Positions 9,761 through 17,966 of a stretch of 40,997 bases of DNA are shown here, in pieces. The position numbers and the translations under genes are program-made. The DNA lies in assembly GCA_002697505.1 (NCBI GenBank), contig NZWA01000089.1, positions 1 through 40,997 of the forward strand, written 5' to 3'. Under the pieces are notes generated by a model. The model saw nothing but the letters and a program-made list of their open reading frames with translations. It did not search any database and was not told where the DNA came from. Numbering within the stretch: position 1 is the first letter of the stretch; every line of letters begins with the position of its first letter. The DNA is from Flavobacteriales bacterium (GTDB lineage: Bacteria; Bacteroidota; Bacteroidia; Flavobacteriales; BACL11).

Positions 9761-11001
9761 TGTATGACTATTTAAGAGAAATTCCACCATCTTTTAAACA
9801 TGAATATGATAATTTAGTTAAAAATGATATACAGATAGAAGATTCGGTAAAATACCAACTTGTTATATTGGCATATAAAGAAGAAAATCTTATAGGTGAG
9901 TGTATAGAGTCTCTGATAAACCAAATTGCTTCTCCTGATGAGTTTGAAGTGTTGATTATAAATAATTGTTCTACTGAACAAGAATTTGATAATACTGAAT
10001 TAATAGTTAAAGAAAAATTAGATAAATATAAACACAATAATATACATTTAATAAATGTAAAATTTCCAAAAGAAATTGTAAGTTCTTCTTTGGCGGCAAA
10101 ATATGGTATGGACTTTGCATTATATAGGTGGAAAGATTATGTAGACTTCAACAATGGAATAGTTGCATTTTTTGGTGCAGATAATGTATTTGAAAACCAT
10201 TTTGTTTCAGAAGTATTGAAGACTTTCAACAATCCATCAAAGTATGATAATCCATATCAGTTGTATCCAATAGGGTTAGGTGAAGATAAGATAGATATTT
10301 TAATAACACATTGTGATGGTAACTATAAGTTTTCAAGTTTTGAGAATATAATTGATATTTCAGTTCTCAAACCTTATATAAATAAGATAGAAACTATGAA
10401 TGAGTTATTGGGAAAGTGGTATTATGAAAATTTTGATATAGTTTGGGGAGTAAAAAAAGAAAAGAAAGTAAATTTGGACGAAAGATTAATTTATAGACCT
10501 GATGGAAGTCCTGTTTGGCCTAAAACATTTAGGGCATCTGCATATAATGATTTGGGTGGTGTTGAGATTCAGGCACAAGAAGAACAGGCAATAATAATCA
10601 AAGCAGTGATTAATAACTATGTTGTAAAATTTAATGATTTAACAAACTTTACTCATATACAAAGGTTAGAAAAACCAAGAGTTCCTGATGGTAGTTTTAC
10701 ACAAGTGTTGAACGATAGTTTTCAGGCACACATAGATAAAAAAGAATTACAAGTTTATAAACTTGACTATTGGACAATGAGGAACAACATTGAGAAATAT
10801 TTTTATGAAAAAAAATTCTATGGTGATTGGAGACCAAAGTTTTTTTCAGAACAAGACTTAGATAAAATATTAAAAGAGTCAGGAGAATCATATTTATATT
10901 TTAAGAATAAGTTTATCCATCAGTTTCAAGATGAAATAAAAAAGAATTATAGAAAGACAAGCATTAATAATGTTATTAATGACATAAAGAAGAAGTTATA
11001 G
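9760..11001 (+). CDS. Divergent GT2-like (GT-A fold) protein with substituted Asp positions
   Basis: GTG start overlaps the gp44 stop. QLVILAYKEENLIGECIESLINQ...EVLIINNCST and IVAFFGADNVFENHF parallel the GT2 pattern (IPAYNEE...vvDDgStD / flDaDd), but with D-to-N/G replacements. Confidence 0.35.
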   Translation: MYDYLREIPPSFKHEYDNLVKNDIQIEDSVKYQLVILAYKEENLIGECIESLINQIASPDEFEVLIINNCSTEQEFDNTELIVKEKLDKYKHNNIHLINVKFPKEIVSSSLAAKYGMDFALYRWKDYVDFNNGIVAFFGADNVFENHFVSEVLKTFNNPSKYDNPYQLYPIGLGEDKIDILITHCDGNYKFSSFENIIDISVLKPYINKIETMNELLGKWYYENFDIVWGVKKEKKVNLDERLIYRPDGSPVWPKTFRASAYNDLGGVEIQAQEEQAIIIKAVINNYVVKFNDLTNFTHIQRLEKPRVPDGSFTQVLNDSFQAHIDKKELQVYKLDYWTMRNNIEKYFYEKKFYGDWRPKFFSEQDLDKILKESGESYLYFKNKFIHQFQDEIKKNYRKTSINNVINDIKKKL

Positions 11002-11011
11002 GAGTAACGAA

Positions 11012-11242
11012 ATGAATGACGAAAGACAATATCAAGAACCATTAGACATATCAAAGGCAGATACGATTCAATGTGAAGAGTGTGGAAACGCATCCTTTAT
11101 ACAATCATTTTTCTTAAAGAGAGTATCAGCATTGATGAGTCCAAATGGTAAAGAGGCAATCATACCAATCCAAGTATTTGCTTGTGGTAATTGTGGAACA
11201 ATACCAAAGAACATGATGAGTCAAATTCAACCGAGTGAGTAA
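11012..11242 (+). CDS. Small zinc-ribbon protein
   Basis: CEECG ... CGNCG pairs in 76 aa. Confidence 0.5.
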   Translation: MNDERQYQEPLDISKADTIQCEECGNASFIQSFFLKRVSALMSPNGKEAIIPIQVFACGNCGTIPKNMMSQIQPSE

Positions 11243-12651
11243 TGTATACTAAAGTTGGAGATGGACTACAAGTAGTAAGTGGTGACATAGTTAAGAGTTT
11301 AGTTGGTTTAGAGAATCTAACATACAAGATGTCAGAAGAATTCAACTCTGAAAGACTATGGACACCATCTCATCTTTCCATGGATAACGCCTACAAGACA
11401 GGATATATGGAATCATTCTCACATCAGGCATCTATAATTAATTCATACCATGGTGAAGAAAAAGGAATGTGTTCACCTACAGGATGTTATCATTGTTATA
11501 GTTTCTTAAAAGATAAAAGTGTTACAGATAAATCTTATGTAATGACAAGTAAATGTACACGAATAGAAGAAGAGTGTAATGATTTAGAAAGAATGTTTAA
11601 CTTCACTATATCAGAGATAGTGTTTGTTGGTACTGAGAAATATTGTGAGGATAATTTAAATAAGGCAATGACTTTAACATCACAAATGTTAGACCAACTT
11701 GGTATCAAATATTTTTATGAAGTTGCATCAGACCCATTCTTTGGTGATAAATCAGAGTTAAAAAGAAAAGTACAAATCAATAGTGGTTCTAAGATTGAGA
11801 TTAGAGCATGGATTCCTAACGAAGATAGACATGTTGCAATAGGTTCATTTAATCTACATGGTAGAAAGTTTGTTGATAAATTTAATATACAAGACTCAGA
11901 GATGACTGCATGTTTTGGTTGGGGATTAGAAAGATTTGTAGATGTTGTAAGTAAGTATGACAAAACCATAGATGAAACCAAAATCAACTTTAACTTCAAT
12001 ACTGATAACACTTTTATACCTGAAGTTAGAAAAAATGTAATTGATGGTAATGATGGTTGGTTATTGAGAGGTCAGACTTATTGGTTTGGTAGAAAACCTA
12101 TACATGAATATGAAATCCAAACACCAGATATTGGTGAGGTTGTCTATGAAGACATTGATACACTTGAACAACTTGATGGGTGGACATGGGAAATTCTACA
12201 AGGTCTCAAAGAATGGGACAGATTAAATATGGATTGGATTACCATAGAGACAAGAAAAACTTGGTTATGGGATTTAGAAACTGCAAAGAAAAGAATAAAA
12301 GATGGACACAATTTGTGTGCAATGTTTCACGATGGTAAAATGATACAATGGAATTGGTGGTTTATGGGTGAATTTACTTTTTATGACCACGAGTGGAATA
12401 TTGATATGAACTTACCTAAAGACCATTCTTATGGTGGATATTGGGCATGTTTACCTAAATATAGAACTTCAAGAAAACATGGTAAACTGATAGAACATTT
12501 CTACACTTATATTACAAACTATCTTATTAGAAAGAATATAAAATATGACTTGGCATATGTTGATGGTTGGAACAACAAGGCAATCAGTATACATAAGAAG
12601 ATGGGATATGTGGGTTACAATTGGATGGAAAATGAAAACTTTCTCAAATAA
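11242..12651 (+). CDS. Fusion: class II aminoacyl-tRNA-synthetase-like amino-acid ligase core (N-term ~240 aa) plus GNAT-like acyltransferase domain (C-term)
   Basis: N-terminal half: SPTGCYHCY, KCTRIEE (motif 2-like), FNFTISEIVFVG, ASDPFF, and VAIGSFNLHGRKFVDKFNI...CFGWGLERFV (motif 3-like GxGxxR). This matches seryl-tRNA-synthetase-like amino acid:carrier-protein ligases. C-terminal half: GGYWACLPKYR ... NNKAISIHKKMGY is GNAT-like. Confidence 0.5.
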   Translation: MYTKVGDGLQVVSGDIVKSLVGLENLTYKMSEEFNSERLWTPSHLSMDNAYKTGYMESFSHQASIINSYHGEEKGMCSPTGCYHCYSFLKDKSVTDKSYVMTSKCTRIEEECNDLERMFNFTISEIVFVGTEKYCEDNLNKAMTLTSQMLDQLGIKYFYEVASDPFFGDKSELKRKVQINSGSKIEIRAWIPNEDRHVAIGSFNLHGRKFVDKFNIQDSEMTACFGWGLERFVDVVSKYDKTIDETKINFNFNTDNTFIPEVRKNVIDGNDGWLLRGQTYWFGRKPIHEYEIQTPDIGEVVYEDIDTLEQLDGWTWEILQGLKEWDRLNMDWITIETRKTWLWDLETAKKRIKDGHNLCAMFHDGKMIQWNWWFMGEFTFYDHEWNIDMNLPKDHSYGGYWACLPKYRTSRKHGKLIEHFYTYITNYLIRKNIKYDLAYVDGWNNKAISIHKKMGYVGYNWMENENFLK

Positions 12652-12666
12652 TCAATATTTATAGAT

Positions 12667-14088
12667 ATGAACGATTCACAAAGACAAGCTTACGCAAATT
12701 TATTAAAAGAAAAAAGTTTACAGGTAGGAAATCTGTTTACTGGTAGTGCCTATTGGGATACTGAACATGAAGGTATGATATATGCCATGGATTGGATACC
12801 ACAAAGTGGTTCAATAAAACTATTAGAAATGAACACTAACATAGGATTAAGTGGTAGGATGAAACCATACTTTGATTTTAGTGAATTAGTAAGTCATATT
12901 ACAAGTTCTGGTCATACTACATGTACTTATCATGAAGACTATCTAAATTTCAATATAGAACCACAAAGAGTTGAAGACACTTTAGATATTTTTAAACAAC
13001 AACTTAGTTCAAGTTTATCATCTTCAGGATGTACATTTACACATGAATATAATCTATGGGATGAGGTTATACCAACACCATCTTCAACACATTATGTATT
13101 AAGACAAGGACATTCAAATTATCATAATGTTGATATATTATGTGAGAACAAAACTATATTTCGTAATTTTATAACAGGTAGTTTAGGTGAAGATTTCTTC
13201 CCTGCATTTGGTAGTAATATTTCATCGTCATTTAGTAATCCAACAAATGTACCTGATGTTGTTATCAAAGACCCAACTAAAGATATGGGTGTAGGAGTGT
13301 CTTTTACAGACTTTACAAGTGATAGAAATCAAATATATAATAATCATAATTATGTAGAACAATATATAGAACCTGAAATAGATAATAGTAGATATAGATT
13401 ATTTAGAAGTATCATATTGATTGGTAGTGGTAGTGTTAAATATTTGATAAAAAATCCTACTTATACAATTAACTATAGAAAGTTTGGACAACCAAGTGGT
13501 TCAGTTACAATTGGTTCACAAACCACTAATATTTATGATTATAATAATGTTAGAATATGGCAAACAGGACATTTTGAAGGTAACACACCAGTATCAATGT
13601 CTGATGGTTCGGTAAAAACGATTGGTAGTGTAAGTGCAGGTGAAGTTGTTAAGAGTGTAATAGTTGATAACTATCCAAAAAGAGATAATAGTTTTATTTC
13701 GTCAACAACTAATGTAAGTTGGCCTCAATATATACTTGATAAAGGTAATTGGACAGGTTCAATTGGTGAGTTGAGTGAATCAACAAGTTCAGTCAATAGT
13801 GTTCCACAAGTATATTCATGGGGATATTATGAATTAAATGGTTCTACAAAAGTTAATCCTGAAGACTCTATTATGGTTTATGATAATTCAAAATATCAAT
13901 TCAAACCAATGAGAGACATTAAAGTTAACGATGTTTTTGTTACAAAAGGATTTGTTACACAATCAGTATCATCTATAAATTTAGTGACTTCTGAATCTAT
14001 ATTTTATTCATTAGATTTAGAAACAGAAGATAGATATTTTGCAGGTGATGATACTAATTCGGTTATAACTTCCGATAGTTATTGGTAG
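12667..14088 (+). CDS. ATP-grasp-like protein with a C-terminal degenerate Hint (intein-like) domain
   Basis: KLLEMNTNIGLS (an E-x-N Mg site) and VVIKDPTKDMGVGVSF...YVEQYIEP resemble ATP-grasp blocks, but in unusual order. The C-terminal ~170 aa reads GNTPVSMSDGSVKTIGSVSAGEVV ... IKVNDVFVT ... IFYSLDLETEDRYFAG. This follows Hint block order but lacks Cys1, TxxH and the terminal HN. Confidence 0.4.
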   Translation: MNDSQRQAYANLLKEKSLQVGNLFTGSAYWDTEHEGMIYAMDWIPQSGSIKLLEMNTNIGLSGRMKPYFDFSELVSHITSSGHTTCTYHEDYLNFNIEPQRVEDTLDIFKQQLSSSLSSSGCTFTHEYNLWDEVIPTPSSTHYVLRQGHSNYHNVDILCENKTIFRNFITGSLGEDFFPAFGSNISSSFSNPTNVPDVVIKDPTKDMGVGVSFTDFTSDRNQIYNNHNYVEQYIEPEIDNSRYRLFRSIILIGSGSVKYLIKNPTYTINYRKFGQPSGSVTIGSQTTNIYDYNNVRIWQTGHFEGNTPVSMSDGSVKTIGSVSAGEVVKSVIVDNYPKRDNSFISSTTNVSWPQYILDKGNWTGSIGELSESTSSVNSVPQVYSWGYYELNGSTKVNPEDSIMVYDNSKYQFKPMRDIKVNDVFVTKGFVTQSVSSINLVTSESIFYSLDLETEDRYFAGDDTNSVITSDSYW

Positions 14089-14091
14089 GGA

Positions 14092-14379
14092 ATGAGTTCT
14101 TACTTAGTCGGAAATGTTATAATTAAAGATTCTTCTGAATACAGAAAGTATGAGAGAAGAATATTTCGTTATTTAAAAAAACATAATGGTAAATTACTTG
14201 TGTATGATGATAATCCAACATCAGTGCAAGGTAATATAGATGGTAGGTTATTGATTATGGAATTTCCAAATAAAAAAAGTGCATTAGAATTTTGGAATGA
14301 TGAAGATTATATAAAGATGTCGGAGAAATACAGATACCATTGTAGTGAAGTACAATTCGTAACTATAATAGGAGATTAG
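14092..14379 (+). CDS. DUF1330-family protein (dimeric alpha/beta-barrel)
   Basis: 95 aa. IKDSSEYRKYERRIFRYLKKHNGKLLVYDD...LLIMEFPNKKSALEFWNDEDY fits the DUF1330 pattern remembered from bacterial homologues. Confidence 0.5.
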   Translation: MSSYLVGNVIIKDSSEYRKYERRIFRYLKKHNGKLLVYDDNPTSVQGNIDGRLLIMEFPNKKSALEFWNDEDYIKMSEKYRYHCSEVQFVTIIGD

Positions 14380-14380
14380 T

Positions 14381-14872
14381 ATGTATGTATTAGAACACAA
14401 GGAGATTCCATTTAGTAGAATGGAAGTTGTAAAAGAAGATACACCAGAGTTAGATATTTTTTATGAACCTGATATGAAAAACTTTGAATACTATGATTCT
14501 GATGGAACACCAATAGGAATGTATATTATTTACAGAAATGATAAAAAAAATGTTGTTTGTGGTAGGAACTATTATATTTATAAACAACAGAGAACTAAAG
14601 GTTGGGGTTTAAATTGTATACTATCTTGTATCAATTATTCCTTTCAATTATATCCAGAGATTGATATCTTTTGTTGGTCTACTCATGTAGGTAATAAAGT
14701 TATGGACAGAATATGTTCAAAGATATATGAAGAAACAAGGACAGAAACCAATAATCCAAACATATTTGGTTTCAATGAACCACCACCATCTGAGTTACAT
14801 TCGGTTACAAGAAAATATATGGAAGAGTTTAATAAAAAATATCCAAAGGGTTTTAAAAGATTTAGAATATGA
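14381..14872 (+). CDS. GNAT-family N-acetyltransferase-like protein
   Basis: YKQQRTKGWGLNCIL matches GNAT motif A (Q/R-x-x-G-x-G/A). The size of 163 aa is typical. Confidence 0.4.
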   Translation: MYVLEHKEIPFSRMEVVKEDTPELDIFYEPDMKNFEYYDSDGTPIGMYIIYRNDKKNVVCGRNYYIYKQQRTKGWGLNCILSCINYSFQLYPEIDIFCWSTHVGNKVMDRICSKIYEETRTETNNPNIFGFNEPPPSELHSVTRKYMEEFNKKYPKGFKRFRI

Positions 14873-15303
14873 GTAAAGTTAAAGGTTTATTTGACCATGT
14901 AAAACAAATCACAAATGTACAGAGTCCTACATATTGGGATACATTAAGTGAGGGTGATAAAAAGACATGGAGTAATTACATGATTCACAGATTTCTTAGT
15001 ATGAAATCAGAGTGGATTCAATTGGTAAATGAAGTACAAAAGTATTGGGAGTTGGCTCCTAAGAATGTGTATCAGTTTTATATTGATGTACTACCACGAG
15101 GTAGAACTTTCCTTAAATACACAAAGTCAAAACATAAGTCAAAAGTAAATCCATGGGTTATGGAACACTTGACCGATTATTTTGAATGTAGTTCAAAAGA
15201 AGTAGATGATTACTTGGAGATATTAACACCACAACAAGTAAAGACAATCATCATGAAGTATGGTGTAGATGATAAACAACTAAAAACAATATGGAGTAAA
15301 TAA
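14869..15303 (+). CDS. Clamp loader small subunit (T4 gp62-like)
   Basis: WSNYMIHRFLS aligns with T4 YSKFMVENALS, DVLPRGRTFLKYTK with AVPRGKRYGKWAK, and VMEHLTDYFECSSKEVDDYLEIL with IIKLLAKRYQVNTNDAINYKSIL. Alignment by eye to T4 gp62. Confidence 0.55.
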   Translation: MSKVKGLFDHVKQITNVQSPTYWDTLSEGDKKTWSNYMIHRFLSMKSEWIQLVNEVQKYWELAPKNVYQFYIDVLPRGRTFLKYTKSKHKSKVNPWVMEHLTDYFECSSKEVDDYLEILTPQQVKTIIMKYGVDDKQLKTIWSK

Positions 15304-15863
15304 TGAGTAAGAATTATAGAAACGAAGAAGCATTTTATATGAAGGAAATGGAATGGGGTGTTAATTCAAAAACAAACACTACTTACATGAACTATGAATT
15401 TGATATAGATTCACTATATTCAACAATAGTGAAATGTGATTATTTGGTTAGAGTGAATCCCAATACAGATATCAATTTAAATATTGCTTCATATGGTGGT
15501 GATGTATATGCAATGTTAGGATTGGTAGATTATATCAAAGGACTATCAGTTAAAGTTAATACACATTGTGTTGGAACTTGTATGAGTGCTGCATCAGTAC
15601 TATTATCATGTGGTACAGGTACAAGAACAATCACTAAACATGGAACCGTAATGGTTCACGAAGGTTCAGCATTTGAGGCAGGTAAGACTACTGATGTTAT
15701 GAAAGGTGTTGACCACTTAAAAGATTTACAGAAAGATATTAATGAAATACTTGGTGAAGTTACAAATAAAGATGCAAGGTTTTGGGAACTTGCAGGAAGG
15801 AACGATTCATACTTTGATGCAGAAACTTGTTTAGAGTATGGAATTGTTGATAAAATTGTATAA
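15303..15863 (+). CDS. ClpP-family (S14) serine protease-like protein
   Basis: GGDVYAMLGLVDYI...VGTCMSAASVLLSCGTG..TVMVHEGS parallels ClpP GGSVTAGLAIYD...GQAASMGAFLL...VMIHQP. The Ser and His positions are kept. Confidence 0.7.
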   Translation: MSKNYRNEEAFYMKEMEWGVNSKTNTTYMNYEFDIDSLYSTIVKCDYLVRVNPNTDINLNIASYGGDVYAMLGLVDYIKGLSVKVNTHCVGTCMSAASVLLSCGTGTRTITKHGTVMVHEGSAFEAGKTTDVMKGVDHLKDLQKDINEILGEVTNKDARFWELAGRNDSYFDAETCLEYGIVDKIV

Positions 15864-15898
15864 AAAGCTTGACAAGTATAGTAAAAGTTTTGTATATT
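15861..15898 (+). promoter_or_regulatory. Class A promoter, copy 2
   Basis: TAAAAAGCTTGACAAGTATAG...TATATT. The -35 is at 15869-15874 and the -10 at 15893-15898, with an 18-nt spacer. Confidence 0.6.
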
Positions 15899-15923
15899 AA
15901 CATATGATAAATTGGAGAATAAT

Positions 15924-16310
15924 ATGAAAGTTATCAAGGATACGCCTAAGAGTAACTCAAGTAATGAGTATGTGGATGTTATAGAGTATATGGAAACAAA
16001 ATATCCACAGATGACATCAGAGTTTAAAAAAATACAACAAGACCAATATGAGTTGTTCTTAAAAAAACAACATGATTACGGCCCACAAAACATTGCAGTT
16101 GGTACTGCACTAAAAAATGATGAGGACAAAAGATTATCGTTGATGGGTATTTGGTTTAGGATTAATGATAAAGTAGAGAGAATCAAAACTCTTATTATGA
16201 GAGGTGACGATGGTTCGTTAGAGAATGAGGGTTTGGTAGATAGTTATTCAGATATCTCAAACTATGGAGTGATGGCACAAGTAGTCGCGAGAGGTAAATG
16301 GGCTAAGTAA
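15924..16310 (+). CDS. DUF1599 / MazG-like all-alpha nucleotide-pyrophosphohydrolase-fold protein
   Basis: KKQHDYGPQNIAVGT ... NDKVERIKTL ... DSYSDISNYGVMA fits the DUF1599 pattern. GGAG at 15914-15917 favours ATG 15924 over the TTG at 15912 used in the track. Confidence 0.5.
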   Translation: MKVIKDTPKSNSSNEYVDVIEYMETKYPQMTSEFKKIQQDQYELFLKKQHDYGPQNIAVGTALKNDEDKRLSLMGIWFRINDKVERIKTLIMRGDDGSLENEGLVDSYSDISNYGVMAQVVARGKWAK

Positions 16311-17140
16311 TGGACATTGGAATTGTTGGACAAGGTTATGTGGGAACTGCTATTAAAGTAGGATTTGAACCACACTATAATTACTTACATACTTATGATA
16401 AGTACGACCTTGCAAAATCTACCGTACCTAATTTAAAAGATTTAGTTGATAATTGTGAAGTTATATTCGTATGTGTTCCAACACCAATGAGAAAAGATGG
16501 GACTTGTTATACAGGTATTGTAGAAGAGGTAATTAGAGAGATTGATAGTTATGCAAATAATAATCCTATTGTAGTGATTAAGTCAACCGTACCACCAGGT
16601 ACTACTGATATTATGAACAAAAATTATTCAAATGTTACCGTAATATTTAATCCTGAGTTCTTAACAGAAGAAAACTTTTTGGAAGACTTTAAGAATCAGA
16701 AAAGAATTATATTGGGTGGTCAGAGAAATGGAACTAATAAACTCAGACAAATATACTCAAAGGTATTTCCACATGCAACTATAGTTAAGACTGGTAGTAA
16801 AACTGCAGAGATGGTAAAGTATTTTATCAACAACTTCTTGGCCACTAAAGTATCATTTGCAAATGAAATGTATAAGGTGTGTGAACAAGTAGATATTGAT
16901 TATGATAAAGTTGTAGAGTATGCAACTTATGATGAGAGATTAGGTAAATCCCATTGGGCAGTACCTGGTCCTGATGGTGACCATGGATTTGGTGGTCATT
17001 GTTTACCAAAAGATTTAAGTGCGATTATCAATCAATTTGAAACATATGGTTTATTAGAGGCAGTTGAAAGTGTCAATGACCAAGTTCGTGATAATCGTGA
17101 TTGGGAAGAAATGAAAGGAAGAGCAATAATAGATGAGTAG
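16310..17140 (+). CDS. UDP-glucose/GDP-mannose 6-dehydrogenase-family protein lacking the C-terminal UDP-binding domain
   Basis: GIVGQGYVGTA Rossmann motif, VIKSTVPPGTT, NPEFLTEENFLEDF, AEMVKYFINNFLATKVSFANEM, and the catalytic-Cys motif FGGHCLPKD. Only 276 aa, against ~390-450 aa for canonical enzymes. Confidence 0.75.
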   Translation: MDIGIVGQGYVGTAIKVGFEPHYNYLHTYDKYDLAKSTVPNLKDLVDNCEVIFVCVPTPMRKDGTCYTGIVEEVIREIDSYANNNPIVVIKSTVPPGTTDIMNKNYSNVTVIFNPEFLTEENFLEDFKNQKRIILGGQRNGTNKLRQIYSKVFPHATIVKTGSKTAEMVKYFINNFLATKVSFANEMYKVCEQVDIDYDKVVEYATYDERLGKSHWAVPGPDGDHGFGGHCLPKDLSAIINQFETYGLLEAVESVNDQVRDNRDWEEMKGRAIIDE

Positions 17141-17966
17141 AATTAGTTATAGTCAATTCAGTAAGTGGGATAAATGTCCATACACTTGGAAATTAGATTA
17201 TGTAGACAAGGTTAGTACATTCAAGGGAAACATATATACATTATTTGGTTCTGCAATCCATGAAACTATTCAGGCATACTTAGTTGCATATTATAATAAA
17301 ACTATCAAATATGCAGACTCACTTCCATTACATGATATTCTACAATACAGAATGGAAGAGAATTATAAGAAGTCCAAAGAACAACATGGTGATGATTTTG
17401 ATGTATCATTGGATGATATGAAAGAGTTCTTCCAAGATGGTATCAATATTATTGATGAGTTCTTGAAAAGAAAATCAAGTTACTTTCCTAAGAAAAGTAC
17501 TGAGTTAGTTGGTATTGAGTTAGACTTAAATCAGAACTTAGATAACAAACTAACTTTCATTGGATATATGGATGTGGTTATACATAATAAGAAAACAGGT
17601 CGTATTAAAATCATTGATATCAAAACCGCAACAATGGGTTGGAACAAATACATGAAGGCTGATAAGAACAAGACTAATCAGTTGTTATTGTACAAGAAGT
17701 TTTTTGCAGACCAAGCAGATATTCCAATTGATAAAATAGATGTTGAATATTTAATATTAAAGAGAAGATTATATGAGAATATAGTTTATCCACAAAAAAG
17801 AATACAAGTGTTTACACCAGCAAGTGGTAAACCAAGTATCAATAAGGTTATGACAAGATTAGACGAGTTTATGTCTGAGTGTTATGATGAAGATGGTAAC
17901 ATTATTGACAATGATTACCAAAAGTGTGAAAAACACAAAAAATGTAGATTATGTAAGGATTTATAA
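17133..17966 (+). CDS. PD-(D/E)XK nuclease, Cas4/RecB-like, with a putative 4-Cys cluster
   Basis: N-terminal Cys (WDKCPY), GYMDVV...IKIIDIKT (D...D-x-K), QLLLYKKFF (QxxxY), and C-terminal CEKHKKCRLC. Confidence 0.7.
   Translation: MSRISYSQFSKWDKCPYTWKLDYVDKVSTFKGNIYTLFGSAIHETIQAYLVAYYNKTIKYADSLPLHDILQYRMEENYKKSKEQHGDDFDVSLDDMKEFFQDGINIIDEFLKRKSSYFPKKSTELVGIELDLNQNLDNKLTFIGYMDVVIHNKKTGRIKIIDIKTATMGWNKYMKADKNKTNQLLLYKKFFADQADIPIDKIDVEYLILKRRLYENIVYPQKRIQVFTPASGKPSINKVMTRLDEFMSECYDEDGNIIDNDYQKCEKHKKCRLCKDL

Noticed and set aside
13540-14088. Hint domain as an active intein or autoprocessing element
   Set aside because: There is no N-terminal Cys/Ser nucleophile, no TxxH block, no terminal His-Asn and no downstream extein, because the ORF ends with the domain. 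It is treated as a degenerate Hint fold only.
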